From Bacteroidota bacterium (GTDB lineage: Bacteria; Bacteroidota; Bacteroidia; Bacteroidales; CAIWKO01): a DNA stretch of 64,000 nucleotides. Positions 1 to 8,063 of the stretch are shown piece after piece (position 1 is the first letter of the stretch; the number at the start of each line of letters is the position of its first letter). Under the pieces are notes generated by a model. That model was not told the DNA's origin, made no database searches, and worked only from the letters and a program-made list of their open reading frames with translations. Location of the stretch: assembly GCA_037128515.1 (NCBI GenBank), contig JBAXWF010000010.1, positions 12,742 through 76,741 on the forward strand, in the 5' to 3' direction. The position numbers and the translations under genes were made by a program.

Positions 1-150
1 ATATGCCGCTATTGAGCTGATGCTGTCGGAGCGAATTCTAAAATAGATTCGATTGGAGCCAGAGGCAGCTAGCTCGGTAATTTCTTGAGGAAATATGGAG
101 AACTGTTTATGAAAAAGTGTACTGATTTTTTCTTTTAGATGTGCTGTCAT
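1..150 (-). CDS. N-terminal 50 codons of a phosphotransferase (APH-fold, AmgK-like) family kinase; the gene runs off the window start
   Basis: Hand translation of the minus strand from the ATG at 150-148 gives MTAHLKEKISTLFHKQFSIFPQEITELAASGSNRIYFRIRSDSISSIAAY, open to base 1. The SGSNRxYFR block resembles the N-terminal loop of Bacteroidota aminoglycoside-phosphotransferase-family kinases. It is too short to appear in the ORF track. Confidence 0.45.
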   Translation of the reverse strand, partial: MTAHLKEKISTLFHKQFSIFPQEITELAASGSNRIYFRIRSDSISSIAAY

Positions 151-251
151 AAATAGTAAAATGTAGACAAATGTAAAAAAATAATTAAAGGCAAACAATT
201 CAATTATGACTGAATTATCCACATTTTTTATCGTTATTACATAATAATTTA

Positions 252-259
252 TAATTTTG
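252..259 (+). promoter_or_regulatory. Bacteroidota -7 promoter box (TAATTTTG)
   Basis: Matches the TAnnTTTG consensus and ends 15 nt upstream of the ATG at 274. Confidence 0.45.
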
Positions 260-273
260 CAAAAAAATCGAAC

Positions 274-825
274 ATGGATTTAAAAGAAATTCTATCTGTT
301 ACAGGCCGCCCGGGATTATATAAAATTATTGCTCATACCAAATCAGGATTGATTGTTGAATCACTTATCGACAAAAAAAGAATTCCTGTGTATTCAACAG
401 ATAAAATGGTGAACATGGAAGATATCAGTATTTTTACTGCCGATAAAGATGTGGCTTTGAAAGATATTTTTAAGTTGATTCATGAGAAAGAAAATGGTGA
501 AAAAACAATCGATCACAAATCGGACGATAAAAAATTGCGCGAATATTTTGAACAGATATTGCCCGATTATGACAAAGATAGGGTGTATGTGTCGGATATA
601 AAAAAAGTATACAATTGGTACAACCTGCTCGTTGAGCATAAATTCCTCGACTTTAATGAGCCTGCGGAAGAAGCGGTAGTTGAAGCAGTAGATGAAAAGG
701 AGAAACCCAAACCAGAAAAAACGGCTAAGACCAAGGAGGAAAAACCAAAAGCTGATAAGCCGAAAAAAACTGTGAAAGCTAAGAAAGAAACTGAAACAGA
801 TAAAAAACCAACAGCAAAGAAATAA
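274..825 (+). CDS. DUF5606-like conserved Bacteroidota protein with a lysine/proline-rich C-terminal tail
   Basis: 183-aa ORF. The N-terminus MDLKEILSVTGRPGLYKII is typical of the DUF5606 family as I recall it. The last ~45 aa are K/P/E/T low complexity (KPKPEKTAKTKEEKPKADKPKK). Confidence 0.75.
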   Translation: MDLKEILSVTGRPGLYKIIAHTKSGLIVESLIDKKRIPVYSTDKMVNMEDISIFTADKDVALKDIFKLIHEKENGEKTIDHKSDDKKLREYFEQILPDYDKDRVYVSDIKKVYNWYNLLVEHKFLDFNEPAEEAVVEAVDEKEKPKPEKTAKTKEEKPKADKPKKTVKAKKETETDKKPTAKK

Positions 826-826
826 G

Positions 827-849
827 GTCCGTTTACGGACTTTTTTTTT
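827..849 (+). terminator. Intrinsic terminator
   Basis: GTCCG-TTTA-CGGAC hairpin (827-840) followed by a T9 run (841-849), immediately after the stop at 825. Confidence 0.7.
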
Positions 850-860
850 ATAGATAAAAG

Positions 861-1634
861 ATGAGAAAATTCATTGACAATTTAACAGTCTGCTCGAAGA
901 GAATCCTTAACAACGATTATTTTATTATTGGGTTAACCAAAGCAGAGCCCTTGCCCGAAATGCTGCCCGGACAATTTGCCGAAATTAAAATTGAAAATAA
1001 CCCGGCTGTTTTTTTGCGACGCCCCATCTCGGTTCATGATGTGGATTACGATAATAATATTCTGTACCTGCTCATAAAAATTGTGGGCAAAGGCACCCAA
1101 ACCTTATCGGAACTGGAAATTGATACTCTAGTGAATTTGATTTATCCTTTGGGCAATACATTTACCATTTCGGATATCTCTAATGTTATTTTAGTGGGAG
1201 GGGGCTGCGGAATTGCGCCATTGCTCTATTTGGCAAGGCACCTATATAATAAAAAAATAAAAACTACCATTTTGCTGGGTGGGAGAACTGCTTCCGATAT
1301 TCTCGAAGCTGAGGCATTCAAAGCATTTGGTGCGGTGTATATTTCTACCGACGACGGTACTTTGGGCGAAAAAGGTTTTGTAACAAAGAATTCGATAATG
1401 AATCAACTTTCAGACTTCGACCGACTTTATTGTTGCGGACCTTTACCCATGATGAAGGTGTTGGCTGCAATGGCCAAACATAATAATGTTGATTGCGAAG
1501 TATCGCTCGAAAATACAATGGCTTGTGGAATCGGTGCTTGTTTATGCTGTGTTACAGAAACTGTGCATGGCAACAAATGTGTTTGTACCGAAGGTCCGGT
1601 GTTTAATACAAATCAATTAAAATGGCAGATTTAA
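861..1634 (+). CDS. pyrK: Dihydroorotate dehydrogenase (class 1B) electron-transfer subunit
   Basis: 257 aa with an FAD/NAD-binding fold ([13 protein letters not shown]) and a C-terminal 2Fe-2S cysteine cluster (CGIGACLCC...C.C). It overlaps pyrD by 13 nt. Confidence 0.9.
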   Translation: MRKFIDNLTVCSKRILNNDYFIIGLTKAEPLPEMLPGQFAEIKIENNPAVFLRRPISVHDVDYDNNILYLLIKIVGKGTQTLSELEIDTLVNLIYPLGNTFTISDISNVILVGGGCGIAPLLYLARHLYNKKIKTTILLGGRTASDILEAEAFKAFGAVYISTDDGTLGEKGFVTKNSIMNQLSDFDRLYCCGPLPMMKVLAAMAKHNNVDCEVSLENTMACGIGACLCCVTETVHGNKCVCTEGPVFNTNQLKWQI

Positions 1635-2536
1635 AAGTAAAAATAGGTTCGTTAGAGTTTAAGAACCCTGTGCTGACTGCTTCCGGGACTTTTGGCTACG
1701 GGTTGGAATTCGAAGACTTTGTAAATATAGATCGTTTGGGCGGTATTATAGTGAAAGGCACTACACTCGAACCCCGCCAAGGAAATGCTTATCCGCGTAT
1801 GGCAGAAACTCCATCCGGTATGCTGAATGCCGTTGGTTTGCAAAACAAAGGTGTGGATGCATTCATTCGCGATATTTATCCCCAAATAAAGCATTATACT
1901 ACCCATATCATTGTGAACGTTTCGGGTTCAAAGATTGAAGATTATGTTGCCGTTGTTGAGAAACTCAACGAACTGGATCGAATTCCAGCTATTGAGTTGA
2001 ATATTTCGTGCCCAAATGTGAAACTGGGTGGCATGGCTTTCGGTACGAGTTGTGAATCGGCTTCGGAAGTTACCAAGGCAGTTCGCGAGGCCTATAAGAA
2101 AACGCTTATCGTTAAACTATCGCCCAATGTAACCAATATAGCCATGATTGCCAAAGCTGTTGAAGATTCGGGTGCAGATAGTGTTTCGGTCATCAACACA
2201 TTACTTGGGATGGCTATTGATGCTGAAACTAGAAAACCCATACTTTCTACTGTAACCGGTGGGCTTTCGGGTCCGTGTGTAAAACCTGTTGCATTGCGCA
2301 TGGTTTGGCAGGTATCGAATGCAGTTAAAATTCCGGTGATTGGATTGGGAGGTATAATGAATGAAACCGATGCTATTGAATTTATGTTGGCAGGGGCTAC
2401 TGCTGTGCAGATTGGCACTGCAAACTTTATTGATCCGGCTGTGAGCGAAAAAATTGTGGATGGATTAGAAGTTTATTGCACAAAACATCGAATTAATTCT
2501 ATATCTGAATTAATTGGTGGTCTTATCGTATTATAA
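1622..2536 (+). CDS. pyrD: Dihydroorotate dehydrogenase catalytic subunit (class 1B)
   Basis: 304 aa with typical PyrD motifs ([31 protein letters not shown]). Confidence 0.95.
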   Translation: MADLKVKIGSLEFKNPVLTASGTFGYGLEFEDFVNIDRLGGIIVKGTTLEPRQGNAYPRMAETPSGMLNAVGLQNKGVDAFIRDIYPQIKHYTTHIIVNVSGSKIEDYVAVVEKLNELDRIPAIELNISCPNVKLGGMAFGTSCESASEVTKAVREAYKKTLIVKLSPNVTNIAMIAKAVEDSGADSVSVINTLLGMAIDAETRKPILSTVTGGLSGPCVKPVALRMVWQVSNAVKIPVIGLGGIMNETDAIEFMLAGATAVQIGTANFIDPAVSEKIVDGLEVYCTKHRINSISELIGGLIVL

Positions 2537-2554
2537 TTTTTTAGCGTATAAAAA

Positions 2555-2946
2555 CAAAACGGGAAACAATCGTTTATATATTGTTTCCCGTTTCAACTTA
2601 TAACCGCCGTAGCTGTTATCTGTTGTCAGACTACTGTTATGCTGACCGGTTTATTCTACTCAGTTTTTCAACTTTTGTATATAACCCTGAGTGCGATTCC
2701 TTCTCTTTTGCAATTGCTACCCTCGCACTCCTGCTCAATAAGCCCCCGGAATGTTTTCCTTACAGATCATCTTCCGTTGAAGTTATTCAGTGATGGTTGT
2801 TATGACACCCTTGTTTTGCTTCGTTAGCCTTTTAGACTCATCAAATAAAGAACAACTTTCGTTTTTTTTATTTGCGGATGTGGCTCACGGTACTTTAGTT
2901 CCCTTTCAACATCTGCTTATTCAGTCGGCCTTTTATCGCTCATCTG
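2555..2946 (-). ncRNA. Candidate structured non-coding RNA (unclassified)
   Basis: The gap 2537-3157 has no credible ORF. There is a minus-strand TAnnTTTG box at 2960-2953 (TACTTTTG). Internal stems include GAGTGCGA/TCGCACTC (2688-2695 with 2722-2729) and GTCAG/CTGAC (2625-2629 with 2641-2645). A 10-bp hairpin (2561-2589) is followed on the minus strand by GTTTTGTTTTT. No RNase P, tmRNA or SRP signature motifs were seen. Confidence 0.2.
2561..2589. terminator. Hairpin terminator, probably bidirectional (pyrD on + and the candidate RNA on -)
   Basis: GGGAAACAAT (2561-2570) pairs with ATTGTTTCCC (2580-2589) around a 9-nt loop. It is flanked by an A-rich run upstream and GTTTC downstream on +, which reads GTTTTGTTTTT on -. 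Confidence 0.6.
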
Positions 2947-3127
2947 ATAAAACAAAAGTACAATAATTCAATCCCCGAAGTCAAGTTTTTACCCATCTTA
3001 TTACTAACAATTTACGAACATGAAATTAACAGCGTTATTAACAATGGTTGCGTATCTAAGATATTGGAGCTTATAAAAATATAATTTGGTCTGTGTTACG
3101 GGTTAAATCATATTGAAAAAATTACCC

Positions 3128-3135
3128 TATCTTTG
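3128..3135 (+). promoter_or_regulatory. Bacteroidota -7 promoter box (TATCTTTG)
   Basis: TAnnTTTG match 22 nt upstream of the ATG at 3158. Confidence 0.45.
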
Positions 3136-3157
3136 AAAAAACAAAATAAACAAGCTT

Positions 3158-4348
3158 ATGGCAGCAAATCAATTACTGGAGTTTTTAAATTTTTTTTCAT
3201 CATGTTTGCAAAACAATAACTTTATTAAAATCACGCTCAGCCATAAACGTAATAAAGCAAGTGAACTAAAAAACGTATTCGGTAAGGTGGTTATCATAAA
3301 AAAACAATTAAACCTTTCGTTTGTTTACCGTTACCCTACGAAAGATATTGCCAAAAATTTTGATTTTGCAACGGCTGTTAAACTGGTTGAAGACATGTTG
3401 CACAACGATTTTTTTCAGGCCGATATATTTACTGCAACCGAAAATCAATTCTTAATTAGTAATGCTAAAAATCAGGTTAAAGTGAGTCGGAAAGCTGTTG
3501 GGCTTGCCGAAGTGCCACAATTTAGTCACGATATGGTTAAAAAACGATTTATTAATCTGCATAACAATATTTATTTGAGTGAACTCGGCATTTCAACTCT
3601 TGACGGGAAGATTAAAAATTCTATGGAGGACAAATATCGACAAATCAATAAATACATTGAAATTGTTGATGATATTATTGGTCAGGTGAAACCGGCTAAG
3701 CGTTTTAAAGTGATAGATATGGGTTCGGGCAAAGGGTATCTTACGTTTGCGTTGTACGATTATTTGGTGAACACTTTGCATTTGGATGCGCAGGTAACCG
3801 GAATAGAATTTCGGCCCGAACTGGTTGAAAAAACGAATGTGATAGCGCAAAAAGCCGGTTTGGTTCATTTGCATTTTACACCCGGAAGTATACAGGACGC
3901 GGTTGTCGAAAAAACCGATATGCTTATCGCTTTGCATGCTTGCGACACCGCCACCGATGATGCCATTTTTAAAGGAATACAATCAAACACCGGTATTATA
4001 ATTTGTGCACCCTGTTGTCATAAACAAATTAGAAAACAAATGGAACCCAACAACGTGCTGCAACAAATAACCAAACATGGCATTTTGGCCGAACGACAGG
4101 CTGAGCTGATAACGGATGCCATACGCGCTTTGATTTTAGAAGCGTATGGTTATAAAACAAGGGTTTTTGAGTTTATTTCGAGCGAACATACTCCAAAGAA
4201 TGTGCTGATTGTTGGCATGAAAAAGAAAAATGCGGAAACACCTGATAGGAAACTCTTGGAGCAAGTTGATGAGCTAAAAAGAATGTTTAATATCGAATAT
4301 CATTATCTTGAGAAACTATTGCGTAAAGAGAAATCAATGGAAAAATAA
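3158..4348 (+). CDS. Class I SAM-dependent methyltransferase
   Basis: 396 aa with SAM-binding motif I VIDMGSGKGYLT and the downstream ALHACDTATD block seen in Methyltransf_32-type proteins. Confidence 0.8.
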   Translation: MAANQLLEFLNFFSSCLQNNNFIKITLSHKRNKASELKNVFGKVVIIKKQLNLSFVYRYPTKDIAKNFDFATAVKLVEDMLHNDFFQADIFTATENQFLISNAKNQVKVSRKAVGLAEVPQFSHDMVKKRFINLHNNIYLSELGISTLDGKIKNSMEDKYRQINKYIEIVDDIIGQVKPAKRFKVIDMGSGKGYLTFALYDYLVNTLHLDAQVTGIEFRPELVEKTNVIAQKAGLVHLHFTPGSIQDAVVEKTDMLIALHACDTATDDAIFKGIQSNTGIIICAPCCHKQIRKQMEPNNVLQQITKHGILAERQAELITDAIRALILEAYGYKTRVFEFISSEHTPKNVLIVGMKKKNAETPDRKLLEQVDELKRMFNIEYHYLEKLLRKEKSMEK

Positions 4349-4420
4349 GGTGTATGATTTGAAATAATTGTATTTTTACAAACAGTTATTATATACAAAC
4401 TTTTGTAATGGCATTAAGAT

Positions 4421-5734
4421 ATGGCAAAACAAATCGTTTTTATTATCACACTTTTAATCACCTTGGGGGTGTTTGCCTACACCCTGAAACGTTTGTGGGG
4501 GTTCTTTAGCCTCACCAAGCGGTTTCGCATAAGAAACTACGCAAAACGGTTGTCGCTGGTGCTTGCGGTGGCTTTCGGGCAAACCAAAATATTTCGCAAA
4601 CCTGTGATTGGCTTCGTGCATGCGTTGGTGTTTTGGGGTTTTTGCGTTATATTGATTGGAAGCATCGAAATGCTTACCGACGGTATTGCAGGTTCGGAGC
4701 GAATTTTTTATTTTCCGGGCTTTTTGTATCAATTTATTTTCGCTTCGGGCGATGTGTTTGCACTGATTATTCTTTTTGCTATTGTGTTGTTTATTGTTAG
4801 AAGGTTGTTTTTCAAAATCAAACGATTTATGGGAAAGGAACTGTCGCACAAAAACCATATCGATGCGTATGTGGCGCTTTCGCTGATTTTGCTGTTGATG
4901 GTTTCGCTGCTTTCGATGAACGTGTTTTATTGTGTGATGTGCAACCTGAAAGGGGCTGAGATTCGGGGGTATTATCCGGTGAGCATGTTTTTGGCTGGCT
5001 ACATAAGCGATATGAGTTATGACATGGCATACGTGATGTATGAAACAAGCTGGTGGTGGCATATTTTGCTCATATTTTTGTTTGCGAACATTTTGCCGTA
5101 TTCTAAACATTTTCATGTGTTTTTGTCTGTGCCCAATGTTTTCTTCAGTCGGCTCGACCCCTTGGGGAAACTACCCAATATGGATAGCATTACCAAAGAA
5201 GTGAAATTGATGATGAATCCCGAAACGGCTTATGCAGCAGCTGATCCTAATGCACCCATCGAACGTTTCGGAGTGAAGGATGTGGAAGATGTGACTTGGA
5301 AAAACTATTTCGATTCGCTGTGTTGCACGCAATGCGGACGCTGTAGTGCGGTTTGTCCGGCAAACATCACCGGTAAAAAACTTTCGCCACGCAAAATAAT
5401 GATGGACTTGCGCGCGCGCATGAACCAAAAAGGACCCGGTTTGGTGAAAAACGGCAAGGATTTTACCGATAACCGCTCCCTTATCAAGGATTTTACTTCG
5501 GCAGAAGAGATTTGGGCCTGCACCACCTGCAATGCCTGCGCCAAGGAATGCCCGGTGAACATCAATCAGCCTACGCTAATTGTTGACATGAGGCGTTATT
5601 TGGTGATGGAAGAATCGGCCGCTCCCAACGGACTGAACATGATGTTTACCAACATCACCAACAATGGAGCGCCCTGGCAGTTTTCGCCAGAGGACCGCAT
5701 GTTGTGGGCCGAAGAGTTATACATTAAACAATAG
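4421..5734 (+). CDS. Membrane-anchored (Fe-S)-binding oxidoreductase subunit (NarI-like TM domain plus 2x[4Fe-4S] ferredoxin domain)
   Basis: 437 aa. The N-terminal part has about 5 hydrophobic helices. The C-terminal part has CTQCGRCSAVCP and CTTCNACAKECP cluster motifs. Confidence 0.8.
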   Translation: MAKQIVFIITLLITLGVFAYTLKRLWGFFSLTKRFRIRNYAKRLSLVLAVAFGQTKIFRKPVIGFVHALVFWGFCVILIGSIEMLTDGIAGSERIFYFPGFLYQFIFASGDVFALIILFAIVLFIVRRLFFKIKRFMGKELSHKNHIDAYVALSLILLLMVSLLSMNVFYCVMCNLKGAEIRGYYPVSMFLAGYISDMSYDMAYVMYETSWWWHILLIFLFANILPYSKHFHVFLSVPNVFFSRLDPLGKLPNMDSITKEVKLMMNPETAYAAADPNAPIERFGVKDVEDVTWKNYFDSLCCTQCGRCSAVCPANITGKKLSPRKIMMDLRARMNQKGPGLVKNGKDFTDNRSLIKDFTSAEEIWACTTCNACAKECPVNINQPTLIVDMRRYLVMEESAAPNGLNMMFTNITNNGAPWQFSPEDRMLWAEELYIKQ

Positions 5735-5746
5735 AAATTTATCGGG

Positions 5747-6544
5747 ATGGAAGAAACTAAAAAAATTGAAGTGCCTGTGATGGCAAAGGTGTTTGCACAA
5801 GGTCAACAGCCCGAATTTCTTTTCTGGGTGGGCTGTGCGGGAGCCTTCGACGACCGTTACAAAAAGGTTGCACGGGCTTTTACCAAAATATTGCTGCATC
5901 TGAAAACCGATTTCGCAGTGCTGGGCAAAGAAGAGACCTGCACTGGCGACCCGGCCCGACGTGCGGGAAACGAAATGCTTTACCAAATGCAGGCTTTGAC
6001 TAACATAGGTACTTTTGCCACCTACAACGTGAAAAAGATATTGACGATTTGCCCGCATTGCTACAACATTTTTAAAAACGATTATCCCGACTTGGGTGGG
6101 CATTATGAGGTGATACATTACACTCAGTTTTTGCAGCAAATGCTGACCGATGGCAAACTAAAGGTGGATGAAGCCATATTCCAAAACAAAAAGATTACTT
6201 TTCACGACCCTTGTTATTTGGGCCGTGCCAACAATATGTATGATGCCCCCCGCAAAGTGCTTCATGCCCTGAGCAAAAACAATGTTGAAATGGACCGCCA
6301 CAAAAGTTTTGCCCTCTGCTGCGGTGCGGGTGGCGGACAGATGTTTAAGGAAGCCGAGCCCGGCGACAAGGAAGTGTTTATGGAACGCACCGAGGAAGCC
6401 CTGCGAACCGGTGCCGACATCATAGCCACCTCCTGCCCTTTTTGCATGACCATGCTCACCGACGGACTGAAATATAAAAACAAGGAAGAGGAAATCTTTA
6501 ATTTGGATATAGCGGAGATGGTGGAGAAGGCTTTAGGCATTTAG
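5747..6544 (+). CDS. (Fe-S)-binding protein with two CCG cysteine-rich domains (HdrD/GlpC-like)
   Basis: 265 aa with CPHC...DPCYLGR and CCGAGGG...CPFC motifs typical of CCG domains. It lies 13 nt after the preceding Fe-S gene, so it is probably its partner. Confidence 0.8.
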   Translation: MEETKKIEVPVMAKVFAQGQQPEFLFWVGCAGAFDDRYKKVARAFTKILLHLKTDFAVLGKEETCTGDPARRAGNEMLYQMQALTNIGTFATYNVKKILTICPHCYNIFKNDYPDLGGHYEVIHYTQFLQQMLTDGKLKVDEAIFQNKKITFHDPCYLGRANNMYDAPRKVLHALSKNNVEMDRHKSFALCCGAGGGQMFKEAEPGDKEVFMERTEEALRTGADIIATSCPFCMTMLTDGLKYKNKEEEIFNLDIAEMVEKALGI

Positions 6545-6652
6545 ACTGTAGGCTGTAGGTATTTAGACTGTAGACTTTTTGGCTTTTAGGAAAGGGGAGG
6601 CAGTGCCATATTTTATATAACGACGAAAGCGGAGCCTGACGCCGAACGGCGC
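6545..6652 (+). repeat. REP-like intergenic element, copy 1 (TAG-heptamer tract plus core)
   Basis: A TAGACTG/TAGGCTG heptamer tract is followed by GGCTTTTAGGAAAGGGGAGGCAGTGCC and ATTTTATA..CGACG...CGAACGG. It is collinear with 23528-23620 and 8090-8157, and with 53060-53146 in inverted orientation. Confidence 0.7.
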
Positions 6653-6660
6653 TTTAATAT

Positions 6661-6942
6661 TTAAGGTTTTTCCTGATATTTTACAAAACCGAAAATCTCT
6701 ATCGATTTTTCTTCATCATTAATTCTGAAAACGATAACATAACCTTTAAATACCATGTCTCTTATTTTTTCACTTTTAAAATAAATAGACTGCCTGTGTT
6801 TATAAGGATTTGGAAGTATCTTCTTTATTTCGCTAATAAGTTCTTTTTTGAATTTTCTTGCATGGGTAGGACTGTCGTGGGCAATATAATCAATCTGTTG
6901 AGCAAGCTTTTGTGAAAATAAGACATTAACCTTTATTCTCAT
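6661..6942 (-). CDS. Type II toxin, ParE/RelE family
   Basis: 93 aa with the size, charge pattern and C-terminal beta-strand block (YVIVFRINDEEKSIEIFGF) typical of ParE/RelE toxins. It overlaps the upstream small ORF by 17 nt. Confidence 0.75.
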   Translation of the reverse strand: MRIKVNVLFSQKLAQQIDYIAHDSPTHARKFKKELISEIKKILPNPYKHRQSIYFKSEKIRDMVFKGYVIVFRINDEEKSIEIFGFVKYQEKP

Positions 6943-7165
6943 GCTTTTTTATTGCGCTTTCAAGTGTATTTTCCAATTCTTCCATTGTGTGATAGCTTGC
7001 TTTGCCTTCGTTCATTTCATTCAGTTCGTTTTGAAGATATCTCTGCACCGAAAGATATTGATCGTTCTCAGTAATTATTTCCAATTCCTCTTTTTTGAAC
7101 TTTGATAGCAATTGCATAACATTATCATAAATCTTATCACTAACCAATAAACGAAGTGTTTGCAT
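6926..7165 (-). CDS. Putative antitoxin of the ParE/RelE module
   Basis: 79-aa acidic helical ORF directly upstream of, and overlapping, the toxin gene. Confidence 0.6.
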   Translation of the reverse strand: MQTLRLLVSDKIYDNVMQLLSKFKKEELEIITENDQYLSVQRYLQNELNEMNEGKASYHTMEELENTLESAIKKHENKG

Positions 7166-7180
7166 TTTAATATTTTTTTA

Positions 7181-7188
7181 CAAAGTTA
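7181..7188 (-). promoter_or_regulatory. Bacteroidota -7 promoter box (TAACTTTG on the minus strand)
   Basis: CAAAGTTA on + is TAACTTTG on -, 16 nt upstream of the start at 7165. The same box and context recur at 8033-8040. Confidence 0.5.
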
Positions 7189-7213
7189 CAAATTATTGAA
7201 GTTGATTGTACAG

Positions 7214-7269
7214 AAAAACTGCGAAGCTTTTTTTTAGGGGTTTAGGCTGTAGGCTTTTTGGCTTTTAGG
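7214..7269 (+). repeat. REP-like element, head part (A-run, GCGAAGC, T-run, GTAGGC tract)
   Basis: AAAAACTGCGAAGCTTTTTTTTAGGGGTTTAGGCTGTAGGCTTTTTGGCTTTTAGG. The 34-nt block 7236-7269 is identical to 8090-8123. Confidence 0.75.
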
Positions 7270-7270
7270 T

Positions 7271-7313
7271 AAAAAAAACTGCGAAGCTTTTTAGAGAGGG
7301 CTTTGCAGTTTTT
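7271..7313 (-). terminator. Hairpin terminator downstream of vapC, built from a second element head
   Basis: AAAAACTGCGAAGC (7274-7287) pairs with GCTTTGCAGTTTTT (7300-7313) with one G-T wobble and a 12-nt loop. On the minus strand the stem is followed by a T run (7273-7271). Confidence 0.6.
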
Positions 7314-7374
7314 GGTTATAGAATTATTGAAACACTGTGATTACATCTGCCAATTGGAGGACACAGCGAGCGGG

Positions 7375-7779
7375 TTATTTTTTCCTGCTAATCCAATTTT
7401 CTAGCTTTATATCAGTAATTTTTTCGAATTCACGAACATTTTCAGAAACCATCACCAATCCTTTCTCAACTGCGGTACACCCGATTAACAAATCAAAATC
7501 ACTAATCAATGTCCCTGCTTTCCGAAGCCGGGCTTTTTCTTTTCCATAAATATATATTGAATCGAAAATGGGAAGAATGCTTACCTGCATTGAAAACACT
7601 TCTATCAGTTTATGATTCTTTTGAGGATTAGAGCTATTTTCAGCACCAAATACCAATTCGGCAAGTGTGATTTCCGAAATGGCACAATTCTTCAAATGTA
7701 CCTGATTCAGTTTTTCGAACAAATTGTATTTCCCTCTAAAGAAATGCACACAGATATTTGTATCTAGTAAGTATTTCAT
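7375..7779 (-). CDS. vapC: Type II toxin VapC (PIN-domain ribonuclease)
   Basis: 134 aa. The N-terminus MKYLLDTNICV carries the first PIN acidic residue. The later ISEITLAEL and SDFDLLIG blocks match the remaining conserved acidic positions. Confidence 0.9.
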   Translation of the reverse strand: MKYLLDTNICVHFFRGKYNLFEKLNQVHLKNCAISEITLAELVFGAENSSNPQKNHKLIEVFSMQVSILPIFDSIYIYGKEKARLRKAGTLISDFDLLIGCTAVEKGLVMVSENVREFEKITDIKLENWISRKK

Positions 7780-8015
7780 AAAACAGGCGAATTTTTGCCC
7801 TCCACTCTGGAATCTCTGATCTCTTTAATTATTTCGTCTGCCTCGCGGCTATCTTCCCATGCTCCAAACAGATTTTTCAAATCAAATTTGCTGTCTTCTT
7901 TCATTTCGATTGATTCAGTAAGCTTAATTATCAACTTCTTTTTCGAGTTAATGTCAAGCCTGTAAAGAAATCCGAAATATTTCTCTATGGTTTTATTGGT
8001 CAATGCTAAACCCAT
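7776..8015 (-). CDS. Putative VapB-type antitoxin
   Basis: 79-aa ORF with a 4-nt overlap with vapC. The position and size are typical of the cognate antitoxin. Confidence 0.65.
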   Translation of the reverse strand: MGLALTNKTIEKYFGFLYRLDINSKKKLIIKLTESIEMKEDSKFDLKNLFGAWEDSREADEIIKEIRDSRVEGKNSPVL

Positions 8016-8032
8016 TGCTTTATATTTTTTTT

Positions 8033-8040
8033 CAAAGTTA
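8033..8040 (-). promoter_or_regulatory. Bacteroidota -7 promoter box (TAACTTTG on the minus strand)
   Basis: CAAAGTTA on +, 18 nt upstream of the start at 8015. It shares the context CAAAGTTACAAAT with 7181-7193. Confidence 0.5.
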
Positions 8041-8063
8041 CAAATAAACCAGCATTGTTGGAA

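Noticed and set aside
2581-2827. Two overlapping plus-strand ORFs (70 and 62 aa) in the pyrD-methyltransferase gap.
   Set aside because: They have odd, Cys/Phe/Leu/Ser-heavy composition, no promoter box and mutual overlap in different frames. The region fits a non-coding RNA better.
2555-2946. RNase P RNA, tmRNA or SRP RNA as the identity of the candidate RNA.
   Set aside because: The near-invariant motifs are absent on both strands. These are GGAAAGTCC and ACAGAANNCGGCTTA for RNase P, GGTTCGAnTCC plus the CCA end and an ANDxxYALAA-type tag for tmRNA, and GGAAGCAGCC for SRP.
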